This document shows positions 39,201 through 47,418 of a stretch of 64,000 nucleotides of DNA, one piece after another (positions within the stretch are counted from its first letter, which is position 1; each line of letters opens with the position of its first letter). The notes beneath the pieces were generated by a model, which searched no databases, was not told the DNA's origin, and saw only the letters and a list, made by a program, of their open reading frames with translations. This DNA comes from an uncultured Chloroflexia bacterium (lineage in GTDB: Bacteria > Chloroflexota > Dehalococcoidia > DSTF01 > JALHUB01), in the NCBI GenBank assembly GCA_963703345.1, contig OY969814.1:832001-896000 (forward strand), read 5' to 3'. A program made the translations under genes and the position numbers.

Positions 39201-40647
39201 AGCCTTCGATGGGCTGGGGTCGCCGCCGGCCGCTCTCGTCCGGCTCGCCCAGCTTCATGCGCAGGCACTCCAGGCCCGTGACGGAACCCTCGCCGATAGC
39301 GCGCACGGGGTTGGCAAGATAGAGGAACTCGACGCCCTCTTCCTCGGCGAGTTGGATCTCTTCGTCCAGCGCCGGCATCTCCGCGCGCGAGCGCCGGTAG
39401 ACGACGGTGACTTTCTCCGCGCCGAGGCGCAGCGCCGTGCGGGAGGCGTCCATCGCCACGTTGCCGCCGCCGATGACGGCGACCCGCCTGCCGACGGACA
39501 CGGGCTCGCCCAGGTTCGCCGATTTCAGGAAGTCGAGGCCCTGGAGAACGCCCGGCAGGCCGGCGCCTTCGATGTCCAGGCGTTCGCTGCGGTGAGCGCC
39601 GCAGGCGACGAAGAACGCCGCGTATCCTTCCTCGCGCAGGCCGTCCAGCGTCACGTCGCGGCCGACGCGGCAGTCCAGGCGCACGTCGATGCGGTCGTTC
39701 AGCAGACGGCCGATCTCGAAGTCCAGCACGTCGTAAGGCAGGCGATAGGCCGGGATGCCGAGGCGCAGCATTCCGCCGAGGAAGGGCAGCGCCTCAATAA
39801 TCGTCGCCCGGTAGCCCATGCGGCTGAGGTCATGCGCCGCCGTAAGGCCCGCCGGCCCGCCGCCGATAACGGCGACCCGCTGCTCGCGCAACTCCGCGAA
39901 GCCTTCCGACGGCGAGTCGTCGCCGAGCTCGTCGCGGTGGGTGTACACCCAGTCCGTTGCGAAGCGCTTCAAGTCGCGAATGGCGACGGGGGCGTCGATT
40001 TCGGCGCGATTGCACTGCGTCTCGCAGGGGTGCTGGCAGATGCGTCCGCAGACCGCCGGCAGGGGGCACTGCTCGCGGATGACCTCGTAGGCCTCCTTGA
40101 AGCGCCGCTGGCCGATGAGAGCGACGTACGCCTGCGCGTTGACGCCGGCCGGGCAGGCCAGCTTGCAGGGCGCCTCGCCGTCGGCTTTGGCGATGGTGAA
40201 GGCGTTGGGCACGGCCTGCGGGTATTCGCGGAAGATCGCTTTGCGCTGGCCAAGGCCACGGTCGAAAGCGCTTTCGAGGCTGACGGGGCAGACTTCCGCG
40301 CAGTCGCCGCAGCCGTTGCACTTCGCCAGGTCGACGAAGCGGGCGTTTCGTTTGACAGTGACGTCGAAGCGGCCCGGCTCGCCGCTGATCCCTTCGATCT
40401 CGCCCAGCGTGATGATCTCGATGTTCTTGTTGCGCCCGCACTCGACGAGCTTGGGCGAGAGGATGCACATGGAGCAGTCGCCGGTGGGGAAAGTCTTGTC
40501 GAGCTGCGGCATGCGGCCGCCGACCGCGGAAGAGCGCTCGACGAGGTAGACCTTGAAGCCGGAGTCAGCCAGGTCCAGCGACGCCTGGATGCCGGCGATG
40601 CCGCCGCCGTAGACGAGCACAGCGCCGCTGGGGCGTTCGTCCGTCAT
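36220..40647 (-). CDS. hdrA: Large HdrA (HdrL-type): two HdrA modules with an inserted GltD-like NAD(P)H/FAD module; start ATG 40647
   Basis: GGGIAG..LDKTFPT.DCSMC; CxxACP..CGRICQHPCETQCNR; GGGPAG; GGGNVAMD..VYRRSR; two QCVGSR..CSxxCC; CHCG.N; C-terminal 2x CxxCxxCxxxCP. Confidence 0.92.
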   Translation of the reverse strand: MTDERPSGAVLVYGGGIAGIQASLDLADSGFKVYLVERSSAVGGRMPQLDKTFPTGDCSMCILSPKLVECGRNKNIEIITLGEIEGISGEPGRFDVTVKRNARFVDLAKCNGCGDCAEVCPVSLESAFDRGLGQRKAIFREYPQAVPNAFTIAKADGEAPCKLACPAGVNAQAYVALIGQRRFKEAYEVIREQCPLPAVCGRICQHPCETQCNRAEIDAPVAIRDLKRFATDWVYTHRDELGDDSPSEGFAELREQRVAVIGGGPAGLTAAHDLSRMGYRATIIEALPFLGGMLRLGIPAYRLPYDVLDFEIGRLLNDRIDVRLDCRVGRDVTLDGLREEGYAAFFVACGAHRSERLDIEGAGLPGVLQGLDFLKSANLGEPVSVGRRVAVIGGGNVAMDASRTALRLGAEKVTVVYRRSRAEMPALDEEIQLAEEEGVEFLYLANPVRAIGEGSVTGLECLRMKLGEPDESGRRRPQPIEGSNFVFDADTVILAIGQSSDLEGLPFAGASRIDCDDCLSTSLPGVFAGGDAVLGPASLVEAMAHGHRAAQTIHDYLRGASPQPRQSDAGKTAAPNPNPAATVQPRHAMPQSPVVERRGDMREIDLGYSEDDAVAEALRCLNCGLCSDCRLCEKACGPGAIVHDMRTRTETLRVGAVILTPGTEEIEASLRGEYGHGRYANVLSSIQFERMLSASGPTEGTLVRPSDGGPVRRVAFIQCVGSRDSACGNGYCSAVCCMSATKEAMVALEHDANLEIAIFCIDVRAFGKEFDRYVSRAQSEYGVRYVRAIPSRVVERPNTKDLSLRYFDEEGAEKLEDFDLVVLSIGLKPGASADELARHLGVERDEFGFCRTDRLAPVISSRPGVFVAGAFQEPKDIPESVAQASAAAAAAMELLREGRGTQVERHEYPWERDVTDEEPRVGVFICHCGHNIASVVNVEAVKREAAAMGNVVHAETDLYTCSDNCQEAIKQIIKQKRLNRVVVASCSPRTHEPLFQETLRESGLNPFLFAMTNIRDQCSWVHRDDPVQATEKACDLMRMAVGRARLLRSLERSRLPITRSALVLGGGLAGMTAALSLADQGFETHLVEKSDVLGGNLRQLHYTLERDDIQQFAAGLIDRVQAHPQIHTHLNSELVELNGHVGNFKSVVMSNGREETISHGVAIVATGGVERVSEAHLYGKNERVVTQRELEARLAAGDPAGLGESPTVVMIQCVGSRTEENNYCSRVCCAEAVKNALALKSARPDARVIVLMKDMRTYGFRETYYQKAREAGVLFIRYREDEEPATSDDGGLTVRVTDAGTRRRLVLRPDLLVLSTGIAPATDNPKLSSIIRTSLTADGFFLEAHPKLRPVDLASEGVFVCGLAHSPRFVDETIAQALAAAARAATVLSKPYLEVGGQIAKVDASACTACMTCVKVCPYGAPVLVEHKVAIQAAKCLGCGSCVAACPAQAIQLQNQEEGQLTAMLDELLVGTLHD

Positions 40648-41531
40648 CGCGCTACCGCCTTCTCCGCGCGCAGGATGCCTTTTCGCGCCAGCAGCGGCAG
40701 CGGGTCGACCAGCAGGCTTCGCAGGCCTAGCTGCTGCGCCGGAAGGCCGAGCGCCAGCCCGAGGAGCTGCGTGAAATAGAAGACGGGCAGCCCGAAGCGT
40801 TCGCCGTGCTTCTTTTCGATGTCGCTCTGCCGCATGTCCAGGTTGAGCTGGCAGAGGGGGCAGGCCGTGACGATGCAATCGGCGCCGGCTTCTCGCGCCG
40901 CAATCAGTATTGCGCGAGACAGGCGCAGGACGATCTCCGTCTTCGTTATCGAGTAGCTGGCGCCGCAGCAGTCCGTCTTTGCCGGCCAGTCGATGGCTTG
41001 AGCGCCGCTGGCAGTCATCAGCTTGTCGAGCAGCGTCGGGTTCTCCGCGTCGTCGAAGCGCATTATCGCCGGCGGCCGCACGAGGAGGCAGCCGTAATAG
41101 GCGGCGACGCGCAGACCGGCGAGCGGCTTCGTCACTTTCTCAGACAGGCTGACGAAGCCAATGTCGTCGCGCAATATCTCCAGGAAGTGCTTTACCGGCG
41201 TCGAGCCGTCGTAGTCGGCGCCGATGGCGTCGGCGACCATACGCCGGCTCTCCGCATCGCCTGCGATCTCATGGTTCGCCAGCTTGAGGCGACTGTAGCA
41301 GGCGGCGCAGGCCACGGCGACGGTCTGGCCCGAAGCAGCGGCGAGATTGGCGGCCGGCAACGCGAGGGCGAGCAGGGCGTCGGTCTGATGGGCGGCCGTG
41401 GAGCCGCAGCACGTCCAGCCGGCAAGCTCCGGCAGGTCGATGCCGAGAGCGGCCGCAACCGCCTTCGTGGAGAGCGCGTAGTCCTTCGCCGTCGATTCCA
41501 GCGAGCAGCCGGGGTAGAAGACGTAGCTCAC
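40644..41531 (-). CDS. hdrB: Heterodisulfide reductase subunit B-like (CCG domains)
   Basis: YPGCS, WTCCG, CAAC, YYGCLL.RP, DCCG, ACPLCQ.NLD. Confidence 0.92.
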   Translation of the reverse strand: MSYVFYPGCSLESTAKDYALSTKAVAAALGIDLPELAGWTCCGSTAAHQTDALLALALPAANLAAASGQTVAVACAACYSRLKLANHEIAGDAESRRMVADAIGADYDGSTPVKHFLEILRDDIGFVSLSEKVTKPLAGLRVAAYYGCLLVRPPAIMRFDDAENPTLLDKLMTASGAQAIDWPAKTDCCGASYSITKTEIVLRLSRAILIAAREAGADCIVTACPLCQLNLDMRQSDIEKKHGERFGLPVFYFTQLLGLALGLPAQQLGLRSLLVDPLPLLARKGILRAEKAVAR

Positions 41532-42097
41532 GGCGCCCCCTTCCTTTGCTCTCGCGCCCGACGGAAGATGCGTTGGCGCTTGGCGCGGTCGCCGGACAGG
41601 CGTGGCAGAAGCGCGAACTTGCCCTTTCGCAGCATCGTCGGGAACTTGGCAACGTCTTGCGAGAAGCGACGCGTGCGCAGCTTGAAGGCAGCCATCAGCA
41701 CCAGTTCATGCGTGCGGCCGAGCTGTCGCACCATCGCAAGAAAGATATCGTTGAAGGCGGGAACGGCGGCGTCAGCGGCGACTTTCCTTTCGCGCGAGAG
41801 GCGTCGCAGGGCATCGATGGCCGCGGGCAGGGCGACCGCCTGCGGGCAACGGGCTTCGCAGGTGCCGCAGGACGTGCATTCCCAGATGAAGCGGCTGGCC
41901 AGCAGCTCGTCCGTGGCGCCGAGTTGCACAAGGCGAACGATCTCGTGCGGCTTCACGTCCGCGTCCGCAGCGACGGGACAGCCGGAGGTGCACTTGCAGC
42001 ACTGGAAGCACAACGAGAGCGCGGCGTCCGCCAGGAGCCTCTTGAGGGCGCCGGAGGGCATTGCCGGAGAAAGAGGACGTTCTATAGCCGAGGTCAT
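41528..42097 (-). CDS. hdrC: Heterodisulfide reductase subunit C-like (start ATG 42097)
   Basis: CFQCCKCTSGCP and WECTSCGTCEARCP; ATGA overlap with the metF stop. Confidence 0.9.
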   Translation of the reverse strand: MTSAIERPLSPAMPSGALKRLLADAALSLCFQCCKCTSGCPVAADADVKPHEIVRLVQLGATDELLASRFIWECTSCGTCEARCPQAVALPAAIDALRRLSRERKVAADAAVPAFNDIFLAMVRQLGRTHELVLMAAFKLRTRRFSQDVAKFPTMLRKGKFALLPRLSGDRAKRQRIFRRAREQRKGAP

Positions 42098-42972
42098 GAG
42101 AGCCCTTTCGCCAGGCCGGCGCGCGAGATCACCTCGGCGACGACGCCCGGCGTTCCGCCCCAGGCGATGTGGACGCCGCGCACGCCTTCGAGGCTCGCCA
42201 GCTTTGATGCCATCTCCGCGCAGATGGCGATGCCTTCGGCGGCGGCGTCTGTCGCGTCCCTGAGGCGCGCAACGACGGCTTCGGGAACGCGGCCGCGGCG
42301 CTGGAGCGCTTCCGCCTGCGCCACGTCGGTCAGCGGCTGGACGGCGGCGATTATAGCGACGGTCTTGCTGAGCTTCTCCTGTCGCGCTGCGTCGAGCCAT
42401 TCGACGAAGGACGCGGCATCGAAGACGGGGCTCGTCATAAGGAAGCGGGCACCGGCCTTCACCTTCTTTCGGGCGTCGATGAGGCTCAGCTCGAGCGGGC
42501 GCAGATGCGGGTAGGCCTCGGCGCCGATGAAGAGCGAGAACGGCGCGCCGTCCGACGGGTCGGCGAGCAGTTGGATGAGCTGAACGGGGTCGACGTCATA
42601 TACGCCGGCGGCTTCCGGCTGGGCGCCGAGCGATTGGTGGTCGCCCGGCAGGCAGACGACGTTCTTGACGCCAAGCGCCGCCGCTCCGGCGACGTCGGCG
42701 AGAAGGGCTGTGCGGTTGCGGTCCCGCGTGAGCAGCGTTAAGACCGGCTCCGCGCGCTGCGCCGCCAGCAGAGTGGAGCACACGAGGGCGGAGATGGCCC
42801 GTTCGCCACCGCTGGAGACGACGAGCGCATCGAGGGAGGACGGGAACGCGGCGGCCAGGGCTCTTACGGCGTCGGCGTCTCTGGCGCCCGCCGTCATGAG
42901 CTCCGCGGTCACCACGCGGCGTCCGCTCTCCAGGGCCCGCGCCAGACTCGATGTCTCCGTAGCCTGACTCAT
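42094..42972 (-). CDS. metF: Methylene-THF reductase MetF-like (divergent; start ATG 42972)
   Basis: VVTAEL, EPVL...TRDRNR, AAALGVKNV...GDH, YDVD..QL, KKVKAGA.F, GVRGVHI. Confidence 0.8.
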   Translation of the reverse strand: MSQATETSSLARALESGRRVVTAELMTAGARDADAVRALAAAFPSSLDALVVSSGGERAISALVCSTLLAAQRAEPVLTLLTRDRNRTALLADVAGAAALGVKNVVCLPGDHQSLGAQPEAAGVYDVDPVQLIQLLADPSDGAPFSLFIGAEAYPHLRPLELSLIDARKKVKAGARFLMTSPVFDAASFVEWLDAARQEKLSKTVAIIAAVQPLTDVAQAEALQRRGRVPEAVVARLRDATDAAAEGIAICAEMASKLASLEGVRGVHIAWGGTPGVVAEVISRAGLAKGLS

Positions 42973-42973
42973 C

Positions 42974-43444
42974 TTACCCGCCTCTCTGATTGGCGTTCCT
43001 GGACAGCGGGCTTCGTTGGAGGCCGGCAAGCGCCGCCGCGACCGCCTGTGCCAGGTCACCCTCGCCGCCGTCCGGCGTCGGGTCGATTAAGGTGAGCCGA
43101 TTTCCGCCGAGGCTGATGTCGTCCAGGATGCTTTTCACGTAGTCGATTCGTCGTTGGACGCGACGGCGTCCTTCCATGTAGCGGCACCGGCCGTCGCCGC
43201 AGGCGGCCACGAGCACGAGGTCCACGCCCTGCTCGAAAGCCTTGAGGAAGTGCTCCGGCTGGAGCTTCCCGGCGCAGGGGACACGGATCTCTCGCACGGA
43301 AGGCGGGGTGGGCTCCCGGGGAGGTGTGGCTTCCCGCGCCGCGCCGCCCGACGACTTGGAGACGCAGCGGAACAGGACGACGTCCAGCGGGAAATCAGGG
43401 GGGACCGCCGTAATGGCGGTGCTCTGGTTCAAGCTGCCTTCCAT
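42974..43444 (-). CDS. Second, divergent MvhD-like [2Fe-2S] protein
   Basis: IRVPCAGK...LKAFEQG.D.V.V.AC.DG.C.Y.EG; N-terminal CC..C motif reduced to one Cys. Confidence 0.8.
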   Translation of the reverse strand: MEGSLNQSTAITAVPPDFPLDVVLFRCVSKSSGGAAREATPPREPTPPSVREIRVPCAGKLQPEHFLKAFEQGVDLVLVAACGDGRCRYMEGRRRVQRRIDYVKSILDDISLGGNRLTLIDPTPDGGEGDLAQAVAAALAGLQRSPLSRNANQRGG

Positions 43445-43656
43445 GTCTGCCGATGTGCCTCCGGCTGCGCATCTGAAAGCCTGCTACCTAGTCTGCCACA
43501 TCCGGCGAGACAAGGGAACGGTAGCTTCGGCAAGAGGATGCGATGCTTGTCCTCGGCCGCATTCTGTAACGAAGCGGCAACCGGTTACCGTTAGCCTGTA
43601 TCCATGATCGGCGGAAAGGAGCGGCGGTGTCAAGTTCGGGCCGCGAGGCATGGAAG

Positions 43657-43682
43657 GGCCGCTCGGCAACCCGAGCGGCCCG
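43657..43682. repeat. 26-nt hairpin, copy 2 (likely terminator after the marR-like gene)
   Basis: GGCCGCTCGG-caac-CCGAGCGGCC-cg, 25/26 identical to 35009-35034. Confidence 0.75.
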
Positions 43683-43795
43683 GAGTGAGCGTACCGTCAG
43701 CGGCTCGCCGGCTTCACGCTTCATTGCCGTCGAAACGCCGTGCTGGCAGTCGCCCGTTGACTGCTGTTGACGCCGCGAATGCGCCCTTCGGCTTG

Positions 43796-44293
43796 TTAGA
43801 CGCGGAAGCCCGGCTTGCGAGAGAGGTTTGCCGCCGCGGCGTCGCGGATCTTCTCGCAGGACGTCTTGAGATGCTCCTTCTCGGCGGGGGTCAAAGCGCC
43901 AAACAGCTTCGCTGCCGCCTGGTCCGCCACCGCCGAAGCCTCTTCGTACTTCTTGACGCCGGCCTTCGTGAACTCCACCAGCCTCTTGCGGCGGTCCTTG
44001 GGGTCGCCGTGCGTGTGCACCCAGGCCTTGGCCTCCGTGCGGTCCACGAGGCCGGTCAGGCTGTTGGGCTCCTTCACCATCCACTTCGCCAGAGCGCTAA
44101 TCGTCAGCGGGCGTCGCTCGCGGGCCAAAAGGCCCAGGAGCTGTAGTTGCGGCAGGGAGATCCCCTGCGGTATGAGCGCCGATTCCTGCACCTTGAACAC
44201 AGCGTTATATGCCTGATACAGTGGCTGCCACTCACCTACTACCTGAGCTTTGCCTGCACCGGACGTCTTTGCGGCAGGGGTTTTTCTTGGCAC
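43796..44293 (-). CDS. MarR-family transcriptional regulator (GTG start)
   Basis: GISLPQLQLL, LTISALA, LVDR.E.K.WV, DPKDRRKRLV.FT.AG; SD GGGAGG. Confidence 0.88.
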   Translation of the reverse strand: MPRKTPAAKTSGAGKAQVVGEWQPLYQAYNAVFKVQESALIPQGISLPQLQLLGLLARERRPLTISALAKWMVKEPNSLTGLVDRTEAKAWVHTHGDPKDRRKRLVEFTKAGVKKYEEASAVADQAAAKLFGALTPAEKEHLKTSCEKIRDAAAANLSRKPGFRV

Positions 44294-44449
44294 TATCTGG
44301 GTCCTCCCTTTCCTTGTCTGAAGTTGCTCGCTCCTTCGATTGGAGCATTGTCCTTGAGCGGTCATTCGGACGTACTGTTCTTTGGTAACGCGAATGATAC
44401 CGAATTGTCAAGCCCTTTGCGTTTTTCTGCAAGAATTGAGGAGAAACCC

Positions 44450-45015
44450 CACGATCTCCAGCTCAACGAGGCCGACCTGCATGCGGTAGCCGGCAGCGTC
44501 TTCGCCTTCTACAAGTCGCTCGGAGCCCACTTTGACCTGCTCTTCTTCGACCCATCGGACCGCGACGCCGCTTACTACCAGGTGCAGCGCGGCGACGGCG
44601 GCGCCCACTGGCGGAAGGACGCCGACTTCGAGAGGTTCGGGACTTTCGTCAGCAGCATCGTAAGGGAGACGGGCCGCTGGGCGATCGTTTGGCAGGTGCC
44701 CGTCGGCAACACCATCTATCGCAGCATGGACAATAGCTGGGGGCACTACCAGGACAATCGCCTTCAGTACTGGCTCGGCGACCGGGCGCACGCGCAGGTG
44801 CTGGCGGATGGCGGCGTCATCGCCGTCCTGTTCGGCGCCGGCGCGGATGGCTGCACGACGTACACGGACGAGATGAACGACGGCGTCACCAATCCGCCAC
44901 CCATCGACGGCAATGACCAGGAAGCGCAGTACTCGGACGACGACGGCGGCTATCTACGGCTGAGCGCGTCGGCATACTACCAGGCCGGCGCGCTCTCTCG
45001 GGACGCCGCAGTAGC
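44450..45015 (+). pseudogene. 5'-truncated remnant of a conserved hypothetical, possibly glycoside-hydrolase-like, protein
   Basis: Coding-like FYKSL..FDLLF..SDRDA..WQVPVGN..HYQDN..LFGAG..DDDGG begins abruptly after AT-rich promoter DNA with no start codon or SD. Confidence 0.55.
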
Positions 45016-45208
45016 GAAACACCGTCGAGGCGTCCCCGGGCGCGGCGAAAATAAAAGGGCCGCGCTAACCCCCCGATTCGCAAGCAATGGCTTAATCTGT
45101 TGGAGGTGCGCTAGGCCCTACTCATCTAACGCAGGAAACGGCGCGATTGTTACAGGCGGCGATGCGCCGTTCTTGTCATAACAATTCCCGTTCCCACGCC
45201 GCTCAGCT

Positions 45209-45237
45209 TTGACGGGCCAATCGGCAGGTAGTAAGAT
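45209..45237 (+). promoter_or_regulatory. Sigma70-type promoter of the acyltransferase gene
   Basis: TTGACG-17 nt-TAAGAT. Confidence 0.55.
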
Positions 45238-45274
45238 CCTGACATCTATCGGGCGGTTCCCTTAGGTCGCAGAG

Positions 45275-47338
45275 GTGGTCGTCGTGTTCCGGCAGGTCCC
45301 TTCGCAAACTCTCCGTCCGGGGAGACCTGCGGCGTCGGCTGAACGACACATCCCCTATCGACCGGCTCTCGATGGGATTCGCGCCCTTGCCGTCGCCGCC
45401 GTCCTTGCTTATCATGGCGGCCTCTCTCACGCGCGCGGCGGCTTCCTCGGCGTCGACGCTTTTTTCGTCCTCAGCGGCTTCCTTATCACCAGCCTCCTCC
45501 TCGCCGAATGGCGCTCTCGCGGCGAGATCCGGCTCATCGCGTTCTGGTCGCGACGGGCGAGGCGCCTGCTGCCGGCGCTCTTCCTGATGCTCCTAGGCGT
45601 GGCCTTCTACGCCGTCGCGCTCGCGCAGCCGGATGAGCTGGACAAGCTGCGCGGCGACGCTCTGGCGACCATCGGCTACGTCGCCAACTGGCGGCCGATC
45701 TTCGTCGGTCAGTCCTACTTCGACCAGTTCTCAGTCCCTTCGCCGTTGCTGCATACCTGGTCGCTGGCCATAGAAGAGCAATACTACGCCGTCTGGCCGC
45801 TTCTCGTCTTCCTGCTGCTATGGCTCCGGCGTGGCTCGCTGAAGCTGCTGCTGCCGGCTTCGGCGTTGATGCTGGCGGGCTCGGCGCTGCTGATGGCGCT
45901 GCTCTTCCAGCCCGGTCACGACCCGTCGCGCGTCTACTACGGCACCGACACTCGGGCGCAATCGCTGCTGGTGGGAGCGCTGCTGGCGATGCTGCTGATG
46001 CGTTTGGGCCCGCTGAAGGGACGCTGGACGCGGCCGGCCCTGGAGGTCGGGGCTATCGGCTGCGCAGCCGGGATCGGCTGGACGTGGACGCACGCTACCG
46101 GCGACGATACGCTGCTCTATCGCGGCGGCTTCCTGATGCTGGCCATGGGCGTCGCCGTCGTTGTCACCGCGGCGGTGCAGCCCCAGCCGGGCGTAGTCGG
46201 AAGAGCGCTGGCGTTGCCGCCGTTGCGAGGGCTCGGACTCATCTCCTACGGCGTGTACCTCTGGCACTGGCCGATCTTCATGATGCTGACGCCCGGCCGA
46301 ACGGGCTGGAACGGCTACGAGCTCTTCCTGCTGCGCGTGGCGGTGACGCTCATCGTATCTATTGTCTCCTACAACCTGGTTGAAATGCCGATACGCCGCG
46401 GCGCCTTCCGAGGCTGGAATCTCTCGTGGACGCTGGCGCCTTCGGCCGCCGCCTGCGTCGCTGTCGCCGTCGTTATCGTCACCAGGGGAGGCATGGCGCC
46501 GGTTACCCATGCGCTTTCGCCGACGGAGGACATGCCGACGTCGCAGCCGACCGGCCAGATGGCGAGCGCCAAGACCGGCCCGGTGCGCGTGCTCGTGAAG
46601 GGCGACTCCATCTCGCTGTCGTTGGGAGCCGGATTGGAGGGCACGGGGCCCTCGGTCGGATTGCTAGCCTGGAACAGGGGCATCATCGGCTGCGGCTTCT
46701 TCCCGGTCGATGAAGATCTTGGCGACAACGGCCAGTGGACGCTGGAACGGGCGAAGCTGTGCAAGAACTGGCGCGCGCTGTGGGCCACAGACGTTCAGAA
46801 CTTCCAGCCCGATGTCGTCCTTATGCTATCCGGGCCCTGGGATGCGATTGACCTGAAGGTCGCGGGCCACATGATCGAGGTCGGCACGCAGGAGTGGCAC
46901 GATTACGCCATGAGCTCGCTGGAGAACGCGCTGGCGGCGTTCACGTCGCAGGGCGCTAAGGTGGCGCTATTGACCGCTCCCTGCTTCAAGCCGCGTCAGA
47001 CGGAACTGACGCAGCCAATAAAAGGGGAGCATTTGCTTGTCTGGCCGGTCAACGACTTGAACGCGGTCTACCGTGAGTTCGCGGACGAACATCCCGACAA
47101 GGTGAAGCTGATCGACCTGTACGCCGCCGTGTGCCCTAACGGCTTGTACGAGGACTTGACGACGCCGGACGGCGCGCAGATGCGCGGCGACGGCGTCCAC
47201 TTCACGTCGGAGGGCGCCGCGGCGATGACGCGCTGGCTGGCGCCGCAGCTAATAGCGCTGGTCCGCGGCGAGAGCGGCGTCGATGCCGAGGGTGCGGTGT
47301 CGAACGTTCAGCCGCCGATGGCGACGGCGGTGCCCTGA
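45275..47338 (+). CDS. Acyltransferase-3 + SGNH domain O-acetyltransferase (OatA/OafA-like)
   Basis: LDGIRALAV, GFLGVDAFFVLSGFLIT, HTWSLAIEEQYY, SYGVYLWHWP, GDS and DGVH catalytic motifs. Confidence 0.9.
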   Translation: MVVVFRQVPSQTLRPGRPAASAERHIPYRPALDGIRALAVAAVLAYHGGLSHARGGFLGVDAFFVLSGFLITSLLLAEWRSRGEIRLIAFWSRRARRLLPALFLMLLGVAFYAVALAQPDELDKLRGDALATIGYVANWRPIFVGQSYFDQFSVPSPLLHTWSLAIEEQYYAVWPLLVFLLLWLRRGSLKLLLPASALMLAGSALLMALLFQPGHDPSRVYYGTDTRAQSLLVGALLAMLLMRLGPLKGRWTRPALEVGAIGCAAGIGWTWTHATGDDTLLYRGGFLMLAMGVAVVVTAAVQPQPGVVGRALALPPLRGLGLISYGVYLWHWPIFMMLTPGRTGWNGYELFLLRVAVTLIVSIVSYNLVEMPIRRGAFRGWNLSWTLAPSAAACVAVAVVIVTRGGMAPVTHALSPTEDMPTSQPTGQMASAKTGPVRVLVKGDSISLSLGAGLEGTGPSVGLLAWNRGIIGCGFFPVDEDLGDNGQWTLERAKLCKNWRALWATDVQNFQPDVVLMLSGPWDAIDLKVAGHMIEVGTQEWHDYAMSSLENALAAFTSQGAKVALLTAPCFKPRQTELTQPIKGEHLLVWPVNDLNAVYREFADEHPDKVKLIDLYAAVCPNGLYEDLTTPDGAQMRGDGVHFTSEGAAAMTRWLAPQLIALVRGESGVDAEGAVSNVQPPMATAVP

Positions 47339-47418
47339 CTGCGGCGTTTGGCTGCCGTCTTCCGCTTCCTGCGCGGCAGGAGGTCGATGAGTCCGAATTC
47401 GTCGTCGGGCGCCGGTCT

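Noticed and set aside
35766-43444. Selenocysteine in HdrA or MvhD
   Set aside because: The frames are open with Cys at the relevant motifs and no in-frame TGA
27680-45237. Shared TTGACGGGCC at two promoters (27680 and 45209)
   Set aside because: A -35 hexamer plus four GC bases is too short to imply co-regulation in GC-rich DNA
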